From Candidatus Latescibacterota bacterium (GTDB lineage: Bacteria > Latescibacterota > UBA2968 > GCA-2709665), in NCBI GenBank assembly GCA_965248435.1, contig OZ252100.1, positions 5,152,001 through 5,216,000 of the forward strand: a stretch of DNA of 64,000 nt. The letters are read 5' to 3'. Positions within the stretch are counted from its first letter, which is position 1. The number at the start of each line of letters is the position of its first letter. The translations under genes were made by a program, and so were the position numbers. The notes under the pieces are model-generated. The model did no database searches and was not told where the DNA came from. It saw only the letters and a program-made list of their open reading frames with translations. This document shows positions 37,319 through 47,606 of the stretch, piece after piece.

Positions 37319-38848
37319 ATGGGTTCGATCAAGCTGGGGAACCGGGACCACCATCACCTCATGTTTCAGGTGGATGAGGGTTTTCCGTTCACGACGCTCG
37401 AGGTTCCGGCATCCGTAGAGGAGTTCATCGAGCGTTCCGTCGGCTGGTGCGCGGACACGCACGTGAACATACTGGACTATCACATGCAGGGCGATGAGAC
37501 AAAGGATGAAGTCGGGGAGGGTGCCAAACCGCCTTACAACGACCTTTCAAAGTGGAGGCACGAGAAGCACAGTGAGCATTTTCAAGCGCAGGGTGTGGAC
37601 ACGACCGAGGAAACCATCAAAGCGACACGCAAGGCGGAGATGGCCTTTTTCGCCGGCATCCGCGTGAATGACGTCCACCACTGTGCCCGTGATCGACACC
37701 CGAGGTTCTGGGCCGAACACCCGGAGTTTCACATCGGTGAGGATTGTCCGATCGATGCGAGGTGGAAGGGCGCCCTGAACTTCGCCCACGCAGAGGTCCG
37801 GGACTACCGGAAGGAGGTCATTCGCGAGATCCTGGATCGGTGGGACGTGGACGGCGTGGAGCTGGACTTCAACCGCATGCCCACGCTGTTCAAGGCGGCG
37901 GAGGTGGACGCGAATCGAGACACGATGACCGCGTGGATCGGTGAAATCCAGGACCTGGTCCGTGAGGCGGGAGAACGTCGTGGCCATCCTATCCCGCTGG
38001 AGGTTCGCGTGCCCTCGGTCGCAGAGGTCTGTCACGGCATCGGCATTGACATCTTGAGATGGATCCGCGATGGGCTGGTGGATATCGCGACGTTTTCAGG
38101 CATTCGATACGCCGAGTTCGAGATGCCGATCGAGGAATGCGTCAAGGCTGCGGAGGGGTCTGAAACGCTCGTGTTCGCGGGCTTCGAGCCCCGCTCGCCG
38201 TCGCTCCTGGAGGTCGATATGTGGCGGGCCGTGGCGACACACTACTGGAAGGCGGGAGTAGACGGCCTTCACATCTTCAACGCGGGCAACTATTACTACA
38301 TCGAAGGCATCGAGATGCCTCACTTGAAGGAGATAGCCGATCCGGAGATGATGGCGCGGAGAGACAAGAAATACCAGGTGACGCGCCGTTTGGAGTGGTC
38401 GGGAAGAGAACTGCCGCAGTTCACCTATCCGAAGCAGCTCCCGTGTTCGTTGAAACTTTCACAGGGTGCAACGATCCGAATCCAGGTGAATGACGACATC
38501 GGCGCCGCCCGGCGGGACGGGAGTCTGACCCGGCTCACACTCCGGCTCAGAATCAACAACATTTCACCCCCCGACGAGCTGGAGGTGAAACTGAACGGCG
38601 AAAGTCTGCCGCAGGGTCAAACCGAGTTCAACATTTGGGGGCACGTCGCGCACGGGGCGGGGAGCTACACGAGAGGGCACTCGACGAGCGGGTGGAGAAG
38701 CGCCAAATGGATCGAGTATGACGTAACGGAGGGCCCCGAGATCCAGACGGGGGAGAACGAGGTGGAGGTGATCCTCAAGAAGAAGAATGAGGAAGTGACT
38801 GTCGAACTGGTAATCGACAATGTTGAGGTCCTGGTAACCTACGTGTAA
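37319..38848 (+). CDS. Glycoside-hydrolase-like TIM-barrel protein (GHL10-like)
   Basis: RVNDVH, LNFAHAEVR, DVDGVELDFNR, GVDGLHIFN. Confidence 0.7.
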   Translation: MGSIKLGNRDHHHLMFQVDEGFPFTTLEVPASVEEFIERSVGWCADTHVNILDYHMQGDETKDEVGEGAKPPYNDLSKWRHEKHSEHFQAQGVDTTEETIKATRKAEMAFFAGIRVNDVHHCARDRHPRFWAEHPEFHIGEDCPIDARWKGALNFAHAEVRDYRKEVIREILDRWDVDGVELDFNRMPTLFKAAEVDANRDTMTAWIGEIQDLVREAGERRGHPIPLEVRVPSVAEVCHGIGIDILRWIRDGLVDIATFSGIRYAEFEMPIEECVKAAEGSETLVFAGFEPRSPSLLEVDMWRAVATHYWKAGVDGLHIFNAGNYYYIEGIEMPHLKEIADPEMMARRDKKYQVTRRLEWSGRELPQFTYPKQLPCSLKLSQGATIRIQVNDDIGAARRDGSLTRLTLRLRINNISPPDELEVKLNGESLPQGQTEFNIWGHVAHGAGSYTRGHSTSGWRSAKWIEYDVTEGPEIQTGENEVEVILKKKNEEVTVELVIDNVEVLVTYV

Positions 38849-38884
38849 AGTCAGTCGAGCACATCACAGCCACAGGAGACGGAC

Positions 38885-40063
38885 ATGAGCATAGAGTCGA
38901 CACACTGGTCGAAGGACAGGAAATCGTTCGGTTACAACATTCCTGACGATCTCAAGTGCGATACCCTGGAAGATGTGCAGGACCCGCTTGCCAGAGCAGG
39001 CCTGGAGGTGGAGCGCGGTGAGACCCAGGTCATCATCTCCAAGGAAGACACGGGCAGGTTTGCCACAGGGAGCATCGTGAAGTTCCCCAATGGCGACTGC
39101 ATCGTCTCCAGCCAGAATACGCAGGTGCGTTCCAGCGACGGCGGCAAGACCTGGAGCAAAGTCAAGTCCCTGTTTTGTGACTATGCCTGCAACCTGTCCA
39201 GCGGTGAAACGGTCCATTTCGTCAGGCGCGACGGACTTTTCTGCGAGGCCGCACCGCCGGATGAGAAGAGCGAGGTGGACGGTTTCACAAAATCATTCGG
39301 GTGGCTGCTCCGTTCCAGCGACAACGGCCTGACGGAAGAGAGGGAGAGGGTCTCAATCCACGTGCCCGAGAAGCTCAAACTGAGCGCGATGAGCCACGCG
39401 AGGATACTGGAGCTGCGTGACGGCAGCCTGCTCGGGATCGACTACGGCAGTTTTGAGGGTGACGGCGCAGCGACGCTTGAAACGTGGTGCACGAAGGAGG
39501 GCGTCATATGGTCCCGGGAAGTCGACAAATCCCGGTGCTTTGCCATCCGCTCCACCGACCGGGGAAAGACCTGGCACTATCTCTCCACCGTGGCCTTCGA
39601 CCTCAGCAAAACCAACACGCTAACCGTAGGCGGCTTCACTGAGCCGGATGCGGTGCTCCTTCCCAACGGAGAGATCCTCTGCTTCATGCGATGCGTAGCC
39701 GGCGGTACCATCCGCCCGCTCAGAATGAGCATATCAAACGACAGTGGGAAATCCTGGAGCATGCCCCTCCCCGTCGCGGACCGCGGCGTGATGCCCTATG
39801 CAACCGTGATGCAGAACGGCGTCGTGGCCGTCATCTACGGCCGACCCTACAACTGGTTGATGTTTAGCCTGGACGAAGGACACACCTGGGTCGGCCACTT
39901 TCAGTTCTACCACGGTCCGAAGGCCTGGGACGCGTGGAACTACTGTGCCGTCGAGGAGGTTGCGCCAGACACCCTGCTGGCTGTCTACGGAAATGCCGAC
40001 CCCGACAACACGAAAGAGGGCGAACTGGTAGGTACCTTTTTCACGGTCAAACGAAAGGGCTGA
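38885..40063 (+). CDS. BNR/Asp-box (sialidase-like) protein
   Basis: SSDGGKTW, STDRGKTW, SNDSGKSW, SLDEGHTW. Confidence 0.85.
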   Translation: MSIESTHWSKDRKSFGYNIPDDLKCDTLEDVQDPLARAGLEVERGETQVIISKEDTGRFATGSIVKFPNGDCIVSSQNTQVRSSDGGKTWSKVKSLFCDYACNLSSGETVHFVRRDGLFCEAAPPDEKSEVDGFTKSFGWLLRSSDNGLTEERERVSIHVPEKLKLSAMSHARILELRDGSLLGIDYGSFEGDGAATLETWCTKEGVIWSREVDKSRCFAIRSTDRGKTWHYLSTVAFDLSKTNTLTVGGFTEPDAVLLPNGEILCFMRCVAGGTIRPLRMSISNDSGKSWSMPLPVADRGVMPYATVMQNGVVAVIYGRPYNWLMFSLDEGHTWVGHFQFYHGPKAWDAWNYCAVEEVAPDTLLAVYGNADPDNTKEGELVGTFFTVKRKG

Positions 40064-40099
40064 CGAGAACAAGGAATGACTGGAGAAAGCGGACGCTCC

Positions 40100-40960
40100 A
40101 TGACAAAGCGCAGGGTCGTGCTTACAGGCGCAGCGGGGTATCTCGCCGACCGAATGCTGCCGGTCCTCCGGGAGCGCTACGATCTCGTCCTGCTCGACTT
40201 GCGAACGAGGAACCAGGAAGGGTGGGAGGTGGAGGGGATCGTCGAGGCCGATCTCCTCAGCCGCGACCGGGACACCTACCGGGAACATTTCCGAGGCGCA
40301 GATGCCGTGATCCACTGTGCGTTCATCCGCTGGGACCGATCGGACGTCGACTCCTACTTTTCGAGTGAGATGGGCAACGTGACGATGGCCTATAACATCT
40401 ACCAGGTCTGCGTCGAAGAGGACGTGAGGCGGGCCGTGATCTTTAGCTCCAATCACGCGGCGGACTACTACGAACAGTTGATCTGGACGGACCGGATGGA
40501 GCTTGTGACCCCCGATATGCGCCCGCTTTCCGACAACCTTTACGGTTGGGCGAAAGCCACCTACGAACACCTGGGCTTTGCCTTCGCGACCGGCGGCGTT
40601 ACCGGTGGTAGGAAACTGGAGAATGTTCAGCTGCGCATCGGGCACCCTCGCGAGATCGTCATAGAAGAAGCGGGAAGCCCGCCCGATCTGAAGAAACTCC
40701 ATCGTATACTGGGCGCCTATCTGAGTGTGCGGGACCAGCAGCAGTTGGTCATCAAGAGCCTTGAAACGGAAAACATAGAAGATGAACAGGGCGTGCCGTT
40801 TCAGATCTTTTATGGAATCAGCAGAAACACGCACAGATTCTGGAGCATTGCCAATGCGCGGAAAGTGATCGGCTACGCGCCCGAAGACGACAGCCAGATC
40901 CTGTTTGCTGAAGGGATTGCGAAGTTCATAAAGGCGGCCGGGGAAAGTGCTACTTCATAG
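40100..40960 (+). CDS. NAD-dependent epimerase/dehydratase (uronate dehydrogenase-like)
   Basis: TGAAG, SSNHA, YGWAK, LRIG, GYAPED. Confidence 0.88.
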   Translation: MTKRRVVLTGAAGYLADRMLPVLRERYDLVLLDLRTRNQEGWEVEGIVEADLLSRDRDTYREHFRGADAVIHCAFIRWDRSDVDSYFSSEMGNVTMAYNIYQVCVEEDVRRAVIFSSNHAADYYEQLIWTDRMELVTPDMRPLSDNLYGWAKATYEHLGFAFATGGVTGGRKLENVQLRIGHPREIVIEEAGSPPDLKKLHRILGAYLSVRDQQQLVIKSLETENIEDEQGVPFQIFYGISRNTHRFWSIANARKVIGYAPEDDSQILFAEGIAKFIKAAGESATS

Positions 40961-41275
40961 ATAAATATCGTTACGAAGGACTTCTGCACAGCACTATGGT
41001 GGGGATCAGGGAAAATGGCGCTACTGGGCGTAGAGGAACAGCCTGCTGAAACAAGTTGACCGAGCCAGATAATGGGCGTAAGTTTCAAATGGCACCCTGT
41101 CGGGGGGTGTTTCCACACATCCATTTCCGTTGATGTCGGGGCTCAATGGTCCTTAGACCGGTTCACTATCTGGGAATCGGCAATGTGCTCTTGAGCCTTT
41201 TTTGTTTTTTGTTATGTAAACTGTCCAAGGACAGGCCAGCCACCGTGTTGGAAACATCTATAGGAGGAGGTCTCC

Positions 41276-42343
41276 ATGAAAGCCCTGATCCCCGTTGTTG
41301 CTGCCGCCCTTTTCGTTTCTGCCTGTGCGGATAGCCCCACCTCACCGATTTTAGAACCAGCTTCAAAGAAGGCTGCCCCTCAGGCGACTGCAACTGGCGT
41401 CTGGGACACTAATGCACCCATGCCAAGTGCCCGGGGCGCCCTCGTTGCCGGGACGGTTGGAGACAGGATCTATGTAGTAGGTGGGGCCGAGAGATGGTGT
41501 TGCGAGCCCACAGTACCGGTGACGGAGGTTTACGACCCAGATGCCGACACATGGACAGTGGCAAGTCCGCCACCTGACGATGATATGTGGGGTCCATCTT
41601 CAGCTGTCGTAGACGGCAATCTCTATGTGATCGGAGGATGGCCATCTGGCTCCACCAACACACGCGTCTACGATCCGCTGACGGATGACTGGGATTACTT
41701 GGCGACGTTACCTGAGGCCTATAGTTGGGGTCACACGTCTGCCGTCGTGAACGATGAGATCTATGTAATTGGCGGAAGCCACGGTCCGCACGTCACGAAA
41801 TACTCACCTGATACCGATACCTGGACTACAGGCCTTGCCCCTCTTCCAGTAAACAGTTCCTCAGTTGCCGGAGCCACGATAGATGGGCTGATATACGTAG
41901 TTGGTGTGGACGATAACCTCCAGATTTACGATCCTGTGGCAGATTCCTGGAGCCTCGGAGCAGCTGTGCCCAAGAGGACCTGGAGGCCAAGCGTTAGTGC
42001 CATCTCTGGCCTTTTGTATCTATTCGGCGGAAGCACCGCCAGTATTAGCGGCGGCGGGGACCTGCCGGACGCACAGGTCTATGACCCCAACACTGATAGC
42101 TGGGATTCCATCCCTGACATGCCCACGAATCGATACTGGTCCGCGGCTGCCGTAAATGATGGGACTGTGTATGTTTTCGGAGGATGGGGGATCAATAACG
42201 ACGTGCCATTGGCCCTCAACGAATCTTTCTCGTTTGATCCGCCGCACAAGGAAGCGTGCAAGAATGGCGGCTGGGAAGCGTTTGGGTTCAAGAATCAAGG
42301 GCAGTGCGTACGCTTCGTCGAGACGGGTAAGGACAGCAGGTAG
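41276..42343 (+). CDS. Kelch-repeat lipoprotein
   Basis: VSAC lipobox; six YVxGG..YDP..W blades; C-terminal CKNGGW..FKNQGQCV module. Confidence 0.9.
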   Translation: MKALIPVVAAALFVSACADSPTSPILEPASKKAAPQATATGVWDTNAPMPSARGALVAGTVGDRIYVVGGAERWCCEPTVPVTEVYDPDADTWTVASPPPDDDMWGPSSAVVDGNLYVIGGWPSGSTNTRVYDPLTDDWDYLATLPEAYSWGHTSAVVNDEIYVIGGSHGPHVTKYSPDTDTWTTGLAPLPVNSSSVAGATIDGLIYVVGVDDNLQIYDPVADSWSLGAAVPKRTWRPSVSAISGLLYLFGGSTASISGGGDLPDAQVYDPNTDSWDSIPDMPTNRYWSAAAVNDGTVYVFGGWGINNDVPLALNESFSFDPPHKEACKNGGWEAFGFKNQGQCVRFVETGKDSR

Positions 42344-42370
42344 CGGCTTCCCATAGACCCTTAGACACTG

Positions 42371-42403
42371 GCCTCGGAGTCATACTCCGGGGCCCTTTTA
42401 TTT
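42371..42403 (+). terminator. Intrinsic terminator
   Basis: GCCTCGGAGT-CAT-ACTCCGGGGC then T-rich tail. Confidence 0.75.
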
Positions 42404-42495
42404 TAGGCCTGGCCCGCCCAGGTGAAGATGGCCCCGCGGGCCAGCAGCCTCATTTACCCGTTGATGCGGTTTCACGAAATCATTACAATTTAGCC

Positions 42496-43236
42496 GTGAT
42501 GAAGGGTGAAAAACTAGCCGACAAGATAGCCCTGGTAACCGGTGGCGGCCGCGGGATCGGCCGGGCCATCTGTCAGGCCTTCGCGCGCGAGGGCGCGCGC
42601 CTGGTCGTGGCGGACATCGATCCGGATACGGCGGAGCAGACCGCCGCAGCCCTGCCGACTGAGAGTCTGGCCGTCGAAATGGACGTGGCCTCCAGAGCGG
42701 CGGTCCAGGCCGGGTTCGACCGGGCGCTTGACCGGTTCGGACAGATCGACATCCTGGTCAACAACGCCGGCATCCTGACCTTCTCCACCTTCCAGGACTG
42801 CAGCGAGGAGCTGTGGGACCGGACCGTGGATGTCAACATGAAGGGCCCGTTCCTGTGCGTCCGGGCGATCCTGCCGCACATGAAGGAGCGCCGCCAGGGC
42901 GTCATCATCAACCTGACCTCCGTGGCCGTCAAGACCGGCGGTCTGGCGGCCGGGCCCCACTACACGGCGTCCAAGGCCGGGGTCCTCGCGATGACCATCG
43001 GTCTGGCGCGTGAGTGCGCCCCGCACCGCATCCGGGTCAACGGCATCGCCCCCGGAGTCATCCACACAGACATGACCAACACCCCCCAACACGATGAGTT
43101 CGTCAAGCAGATCCCCCTGGGCGAGAAGGGGCAGCCCGAGGACGTCGCCAACTGCGCGCTCTTCCTGGCCTCGGACGACTCACGCCACATCACGGGCGAG
43201 ATCATCGATGTGAACGCGGGCCTGTTCATGGATTGA
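42496..43236 (+). CDS. FabG-like short-chain dehydrogenase
   Basis: TGGGRGIG, NNAG, YTASK. Confidence 0.93.
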   Translation: MMKGEKLADKIALVTGGGRGIGRAICQAFAREGARLVVADIDPDTAEQTAAALPTESLAVEMDVASRAAVQAGFDRALDRFGQIDILVNNAGILTFSTFQDCSEELWDRTVDVNMKGPFLCVRAILPHMKERRQGVIINLTSVAVKTGGLAAGPHYTASKAGVLAMTIGLARECAPHRIRVNGIAPGVIHTDMTNTPQHDEFVKQIPLGEKGQPEDVANCALFLASDDSRHITGEIIDVNAGLFMD

Positions 43237-43258
43237 GTCCAGCTGGATCTTTTTCGCT

Positions 43259-44158
43259 TTGACCGAAACACAATCGGAGGACAGCCTCAGCGTGAAGGAA
43301 CCGGATCCCAAACCGGCTGCGCTCGTGTCCGTACACGGTGGACACAGTGGGCAATTCTGTAATCACGCATCGGATGCCCTTGAAGAGATCGTCCGTGCGT
43401 ATGTCGACAGGGGCTTCGAATGGGTGGGCATTACCGAACACATCCCGCCTGTCTCGGAGGAGTTTCTGTTTCCCGAGGAGACTGAGGATGGACTCACGCC
43501 CGAGTTGATGTATGATCGGTTCGCCGAGTATATCTCCGTAGCACGTGAGTTGCAGATCGAGTATCGAGATTCTGTTCGGCTCCTGGTTGGATTCGAAACG
43601 GAGTGCTATACTGGCTATGAAGCTCACGTCGCCAGTCTGCGGAGTCGTTTCCAACCGGACTACATCGTGGGCTCCGTTCATCACGTCAGAGATATCGTCA
43701 TCGATGGTTCGCCAGAGTCGTATGCCCACGCCATCGAGGTGGTCGGGGGGATCGATGCGCTGTTCTGTGAATACTTCGACCAGCAGTACGAGCTGCTGGA
43801 GATACTCGAGCCGGAAGTCGTCGGGCACTTCGATCTGATTCGGATGCACGACAAGGACTATCACGGGCGGCTGCAGAGTCCTGAGGTCAGAGAGAGAATT
43901 CGGAGGAATCTTCAGAGGATCAAGGAACTTGGGGCGGTTCTGGATTTCAACGTCAGGGCATTCGAAAAGGGAGGGACGGAACCCTATGTCTCCGGATCCA
44001 TTCTGAAGATGGCCCTGGATCTCGGGGTTCCTTGTGTTCCGGGAGATGACTCACACGGCGTTGCCGGAGTCGGCCTGAACGTGGAGAGAGGGATCGAAAT
44101 ACTGGAGCAACACGGGTTCAGCACAAACTGGCCTGTCCCGGGTGGCTGCGGCACATGA
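43259..44158 (+). CDS. PHP-family histidinol-phosphatase (HisJ/HisK-like)
   Basis: SVHGGHSGQFC.HA, TEH, GSVHH, GHFDLI, GDDSH. Confidence 0.88.
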   Translation: MTETQSEDSLSVKEPDPKPAALVSVHGGHSGQFCNHASDALEEIVRAYVDRGFEWVGITEHIPPVSEEFLFPEETEDGLTPELMYDRFAEYISVARELQIEYRDSVRLLVGFETECYTGYEAHVASLRSRFQPDYIVGSVHHVRDIVIDGSPESYAHAIEVVGGIDALFCEYFDQQYELLEILEPEVVGHFDLIRMHDKDYHGRLQSPEVRERIRRNLQRIKELGAVLDFNVRAFEKGGTEPYVSGSILKMALDLGVPCVPGDDSHGVAGVGLNVERGIEILEQHGFSTNWPVPGGCGT

Positions 44159-44290
44159 CGAGACCAATCATTACAGTTGTGGGCAGTTTTGCCTTGGGCA
44201 TGACCCTGCGGACCCAGCGCATGCCGATCTTCGGCGAGACGCTTGTCGGATCCGATTTCGACATGGGCCCTGGTCGCAAGGGATCCAAAA
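44155..44290 (+). pseudogene. Ribokinase-family 5' stub
   Basis: ITVVGS..RMPxxGETL..GPGRKGS, after which homology stops. Confidence 0.8.
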
Positions 44291-44496
44291 GTGTCCTCGC
44301 ATTGCTTAAACTCATCAGGGCCGCGGTGTGCGACTCCGATGCAATCAGCCCCTTTCACCTCCCAGCGGTTTGACTCCTCAGTGATCGTGAGTGAGTGGTG
44401 AGGATTTGGCCTTCCTGCCGTGGACTGTTTATGCCACTGAGGGTGAGGTGCCGCGGCCAAAGCCCCCGCGGCGCCTGAGCGGAGCCTTTCTTTTGT

Positions 44497-44528
44497 CCAA
44501 CTTTTCTTGGGCGAGCAAGAAAAGTTGG
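44497..44528. repeat. Perfect 13-bp hairpin within a structured intergenic element
   Basis: CCAACTTTTCTTG-GGCGAG-CAAGAAAAGTTGG. Confidence 0.8.
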
Positions 44529-44635
44529 CCGCTGGAGGCAGGGGTTGGGTGGTGTGGGCGAATGGCACAACCATGAGCGCAGAATGTCTTACTTCCAGAG
44601 GTATGGGATCTGTTCGAGGAGGTATAGATGATGCT

Positions 44636-45073
44636 ATGACCAGATCAAAGCTCAGGGTTCCTGTTGCGGTCCATCTCTTTCTTCAACGCGAAGGCAAGGT
44701 CCTTCTTCTCCGACGGTGCAACACGGGATACGAAGATGGTAATTACAGCGTCATCGCCGGCCATTTGGATGGTGGCGAAGAGATCAAGGCGGCGATGATC
44801 AGGGAGGCAGAAGAAGAAGCCGGCATATCGGTCCGGCCGGACGAGCTCGAGGTTGTGGGCGTAATGCATCGCAAATCGGAAGAAGAGCGAGTCGATTTCT
44901 TCTTCACCGCGCGATCGTGGAGCGGTGAAATCGTCAACTGCGAACCCCGAAAATGCGACGAGCTCGCCTGGTTTCCGTTAGATGACCTTCCCGAAAACAT
45001 GGTTCCATACGTCCGCCGTGCGCTGACGAATCACCGCGATGGCCGATGGTTCGACAGTTTCGGGTGGACATAA
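44636..45073 (+). CDS. NUDIX hydrolase
   Basis: GHLDGGE..AMIREAEEEAG Nudix box. Confidence 0.92.
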   Translation: MTRSKLRVPVAVHLFLQREGKVLLLRRCNTGYEDGNYSVIAGHLDGGEEIKAAMIREAEEEAGISVRPDELEVVGVMHRKSEEERVDFFFTARSWSGEIVNCEPRKCDELAWFPLDDLPENMVPYVRRALTNHRDGRWFDSFGWT

Positions 45074-45085
45074 GGACGGCCTGGA

Positions 45086-45958
45086 ATGAGATCCGAAACA
45101 GAAATGATGGACTTGATCAATAACTTCATCGCGACCGACCCGAACATCAGGGCAGCGATACTCAACGGCTCCCGAGCAAATCCGAATGCCGAGCGCGATT
45201 TTTTTCAGGATTATGATGTCTGCTGCTTTGTGAAAGACGTCGCACCCTACAGGACCGACAGGACATTTATCGAGCAGTTTGGCGAATTGATGATCGTTCA
45301 GACACCAGAGGACATGGATGATCCGCCACCATCGAAGGATGGAGCCTATGGCTACCTTATGCAGTTCACGGACGGAACCCGAATCGATCTGGGATTTCGC
45401 CCGGCCGAATCACTCCGTGGGATGACGCACGAATCACTCACCGTAGTCCTTGTCGACAAGGATGGGATTCTCCCGGACCTGCCGCCTTCGAGCGACAGGG
45501 ACTTCCTTCTAAAGGAACCGACGCGAAAGTCTTTCGATGACTGCTGCAATGAGTTTTGGTGGGTGAGCCCATACGTCGCGAAGGCGCTCTGGCGGGAGGA
45601 GTTGGTGAATGCCAAGTCTCTGATTGAGAAAGAGACCCGTGCCCAACTGATGAAGATGGTAAACTGGTATTTCGGGATCAAGACGGGGTTCAAAAGGAGC
45701 CCGGGTAAAGAGTCCAAACAGGTCAAGTCTGTTATCGAGCCCCACCTCTGGATGAAACTGGAAGCGACCTACGCCGGGCCCGATTTCGAGGCGACCTGGG
45801 ATTCGATATTGACGATGGGAGATCTCTTCAGGATGACTGCGAAGCACGTGGCAGAGTCCTATGGCTTCGAATATCCGGAAGGGGATGATCGCAGGGTGAC
45901 TGAGCACCTCCGGCACGTTCGCCAGCTGCCTAAAGACGCGAAGGAGATCTACCCCTAG
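45086..45958 (+). CDS. Aminoglycoside 6-adenylyltransferase (AadK/ANT(6))-family protein
   Basis: MRSExEM, NGSRANPN..DFFQDYD, YLMQFTDGTRIDL, NEFWWVSPYVAKxLWR. Confidence 0.92.
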   Translation: MRSETEMMDLINNFIATDPNIRAAILNGSRANPNAERDFFQDYDVCCFVKDVAPYRTDRTFIEQFGELMIVQTPEDMDDPPPSKDGAYGYLMQFTDGTRIDLGFRPAESLRGMTHESLTVVLVDKDGILPDLPPSSDRDFLLKEPTRKSFDDCCNEFWWVSPYVAKALWREELVNAKSLIEKETRAQLMKMVNWYFGIKTGFKRSPGKESKQVKSVIEPHLWMKLEATYAGPDFEATWDSILTMGDLFRMTAKHVAESYGFEYPEGDDRRVTEHLRHVRQLPKDAKEIYP

Positions 45959-45974
45959 CAGAAGTGAGTCCCCA

Positions 45975-47549
45975 ATGAGCAAAGTAAAGTGCGTCAACAG
46001 CACGGACATCACGGATGCGATTCGGCTGGGTTGCCGGACCATGCAGAACGTTTTCAACGCCGATGACAACCAGGTTCCCTTCTTCCGCTCGGCCGTGCGA
46101 CCGAGTGCGGCTTTGAGTTTCAATGCGTACGCCAGTGAATCCCACGTGCCGGGAAGGCATCTCAACGCGCTGTTGAATGCCGAGGATGCGGCGGGCGTTG
46201 AGCTCGATGAAAGCGCCGTAGAGAATCATCGACGCGCTGCCTTTCTCTCATACAGTGGCCCGGCCGCGCTTCCGCTCAACCGCCAAACGACCGACGGTCC
46301 CCCGGTCAATTTTTGCCCGCACAACCTTCGCGAGGGTTTCCACGCGCTGTGTGCCCTGGCAAGGTATCGCAATGACGATGAGGCATCAGCCCTGGCGGAG
46401 AGGAGCATCGCGGACATCGTCGACCTCTGGAGCGCGGAGGGCGGCTGGGACCTGAACCGTCTGGCTGCCCTCGGACTTCACTACCAGGAATGCCAGGGAT
46501 TTCTGCACGGTGAAGCGAGGATGCTGGGGCCGCTCGTCAAGCTCTACCGCACCACGGGTTGTGGTCCGGCCCTCGAGCTGGCGCTCGTCCTGAAGGAAAA
46601 GGCCATCGGCGAGTTCTTCCTCCCCGACGGGGGATTCGATTCGAAGCGCTTCGCCACCCGTCACATCCATTCCATCACCTGCGTCCTTTCGTCCCTCGCT
46701 CAGCTCGCGGATCTGGTCGGAGACGGGTCCCTCATGATGCGAGTGAAGGCGTTTTACGACGACGGACTCTGGGAAATGCGCGACGAGATCGGTTGGTCGC
46801 CGGAGAGGACGACGCAGGAGGACAGCGACCATGGAGAGGCCAACAACACCGGCGATATTCTGGAGACCGCGCTGATTCTTGGGCGGCGGGGATATCCGGA
46901 GTGTTATCACGACGCCGAACGCATCCTGCGCTGCCATCTCCTGCCCTCACAGCTTCGCGATGTATCTTTCATCAGTGATCCGCCCAATCCAGACGGCGTG
47001 GATGGATTGCGTGATGTCGCGAACCGGCATCTGGGTGCCTTCGGTTTCCCGGCGCCCTACGGCCACACATCCATCGGTAAGGGGCGCGGCACGTTCTCCT
47101 TCAACATGGACATTGTGGGGGGTGCTGTGGGCTCGCTTTGCGAGGCACTTCGAGAGGTGGAGAGGTCCGAGCCGACGGGTCGACGGATCAATCTGCTGTT
47201 CGACCACGAGACGAGTGCGACCCGCGTGCAGTCCCCTTATACGCACGACTGCCTTCGGGTCGAGTTGAAGCAGGTTGGACCGCTGTTCGTCCGCATTCCT
47301 CCCTGGCTCAACCGCGAGGAGGTCGATGTCGAGGGCAACGAGAGCCCGCCGATCTGGACGAACGGCTATCTCTTCTTCAACAAGGTCTCCGCAGGGAAGA
47401 CGATCCAACTGCGCTTCCCATTGAAAGAATCACAGATCATGCTTTCTGATCGCCTGCACATCCATCCGATTCGAGTGAAGATGCGGGGAGATGCCGTCGC
47501 GGCGATGGATCATTTCGATGCGGATTTGACGTTCTTCGATCCGTACTGA
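45975..47549 (+). CDS. Hypothetical (alpha/alpha)-barrel, GH127-like protein
   Basis: HxHS, GExNxTGD, DAERILR, C-terminal VRIPPW beta domain. Confidence 0.55.
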   Translation: MSKVKCVNSTDITDAIRLGCRTMQNVFNADDNQVPFFRSAVRPSAALSFNAYASESHVPGRHLNALLNAEDAAGVELDESAVENHRRAAFLSYSGPAALPLNRQTTDGPPVNFCPHNLREGFHALCALARYRNDDEASALAERSIADIVDLWSAEGGWDLNRLAALGLHYQECQGFLHGEARMLGPLVKLYRTTGCGPALELALVLKEKAIGEFFLPDGGFDSKRFATRHIHSITCVLSSLAQLADLVGDGSLMMRVKAFYDDGLWEMRDEIGWSPERTTQEDSDHGEANNTGDILETALILGRRGYPECYHDAERILRCHLLPSQLRDVSFISDPPNPDGVDGLRDVANRHLGAFGFPAPYGHTSIGKGRGTFSFNMDIVGGAVGSLCEALREVERSEPTGRRINLLFDHETSATRVQSPYTHDCLRVELKQVGPLFVRIPPWLNREEVDVEGNESPPIWTNGYLFFNKVSAGKTIQLRFPLKESQIMLSDRLHIHPIRVKMRGDAVAAMDHFDADLTFFDPY

Positions 47550-47606
47550 TTGCCGCCCAAGCAGAGGGTTCTGCGTCGGTGTATTGGTGAAGCGAGGTTC
47601 GTCATC

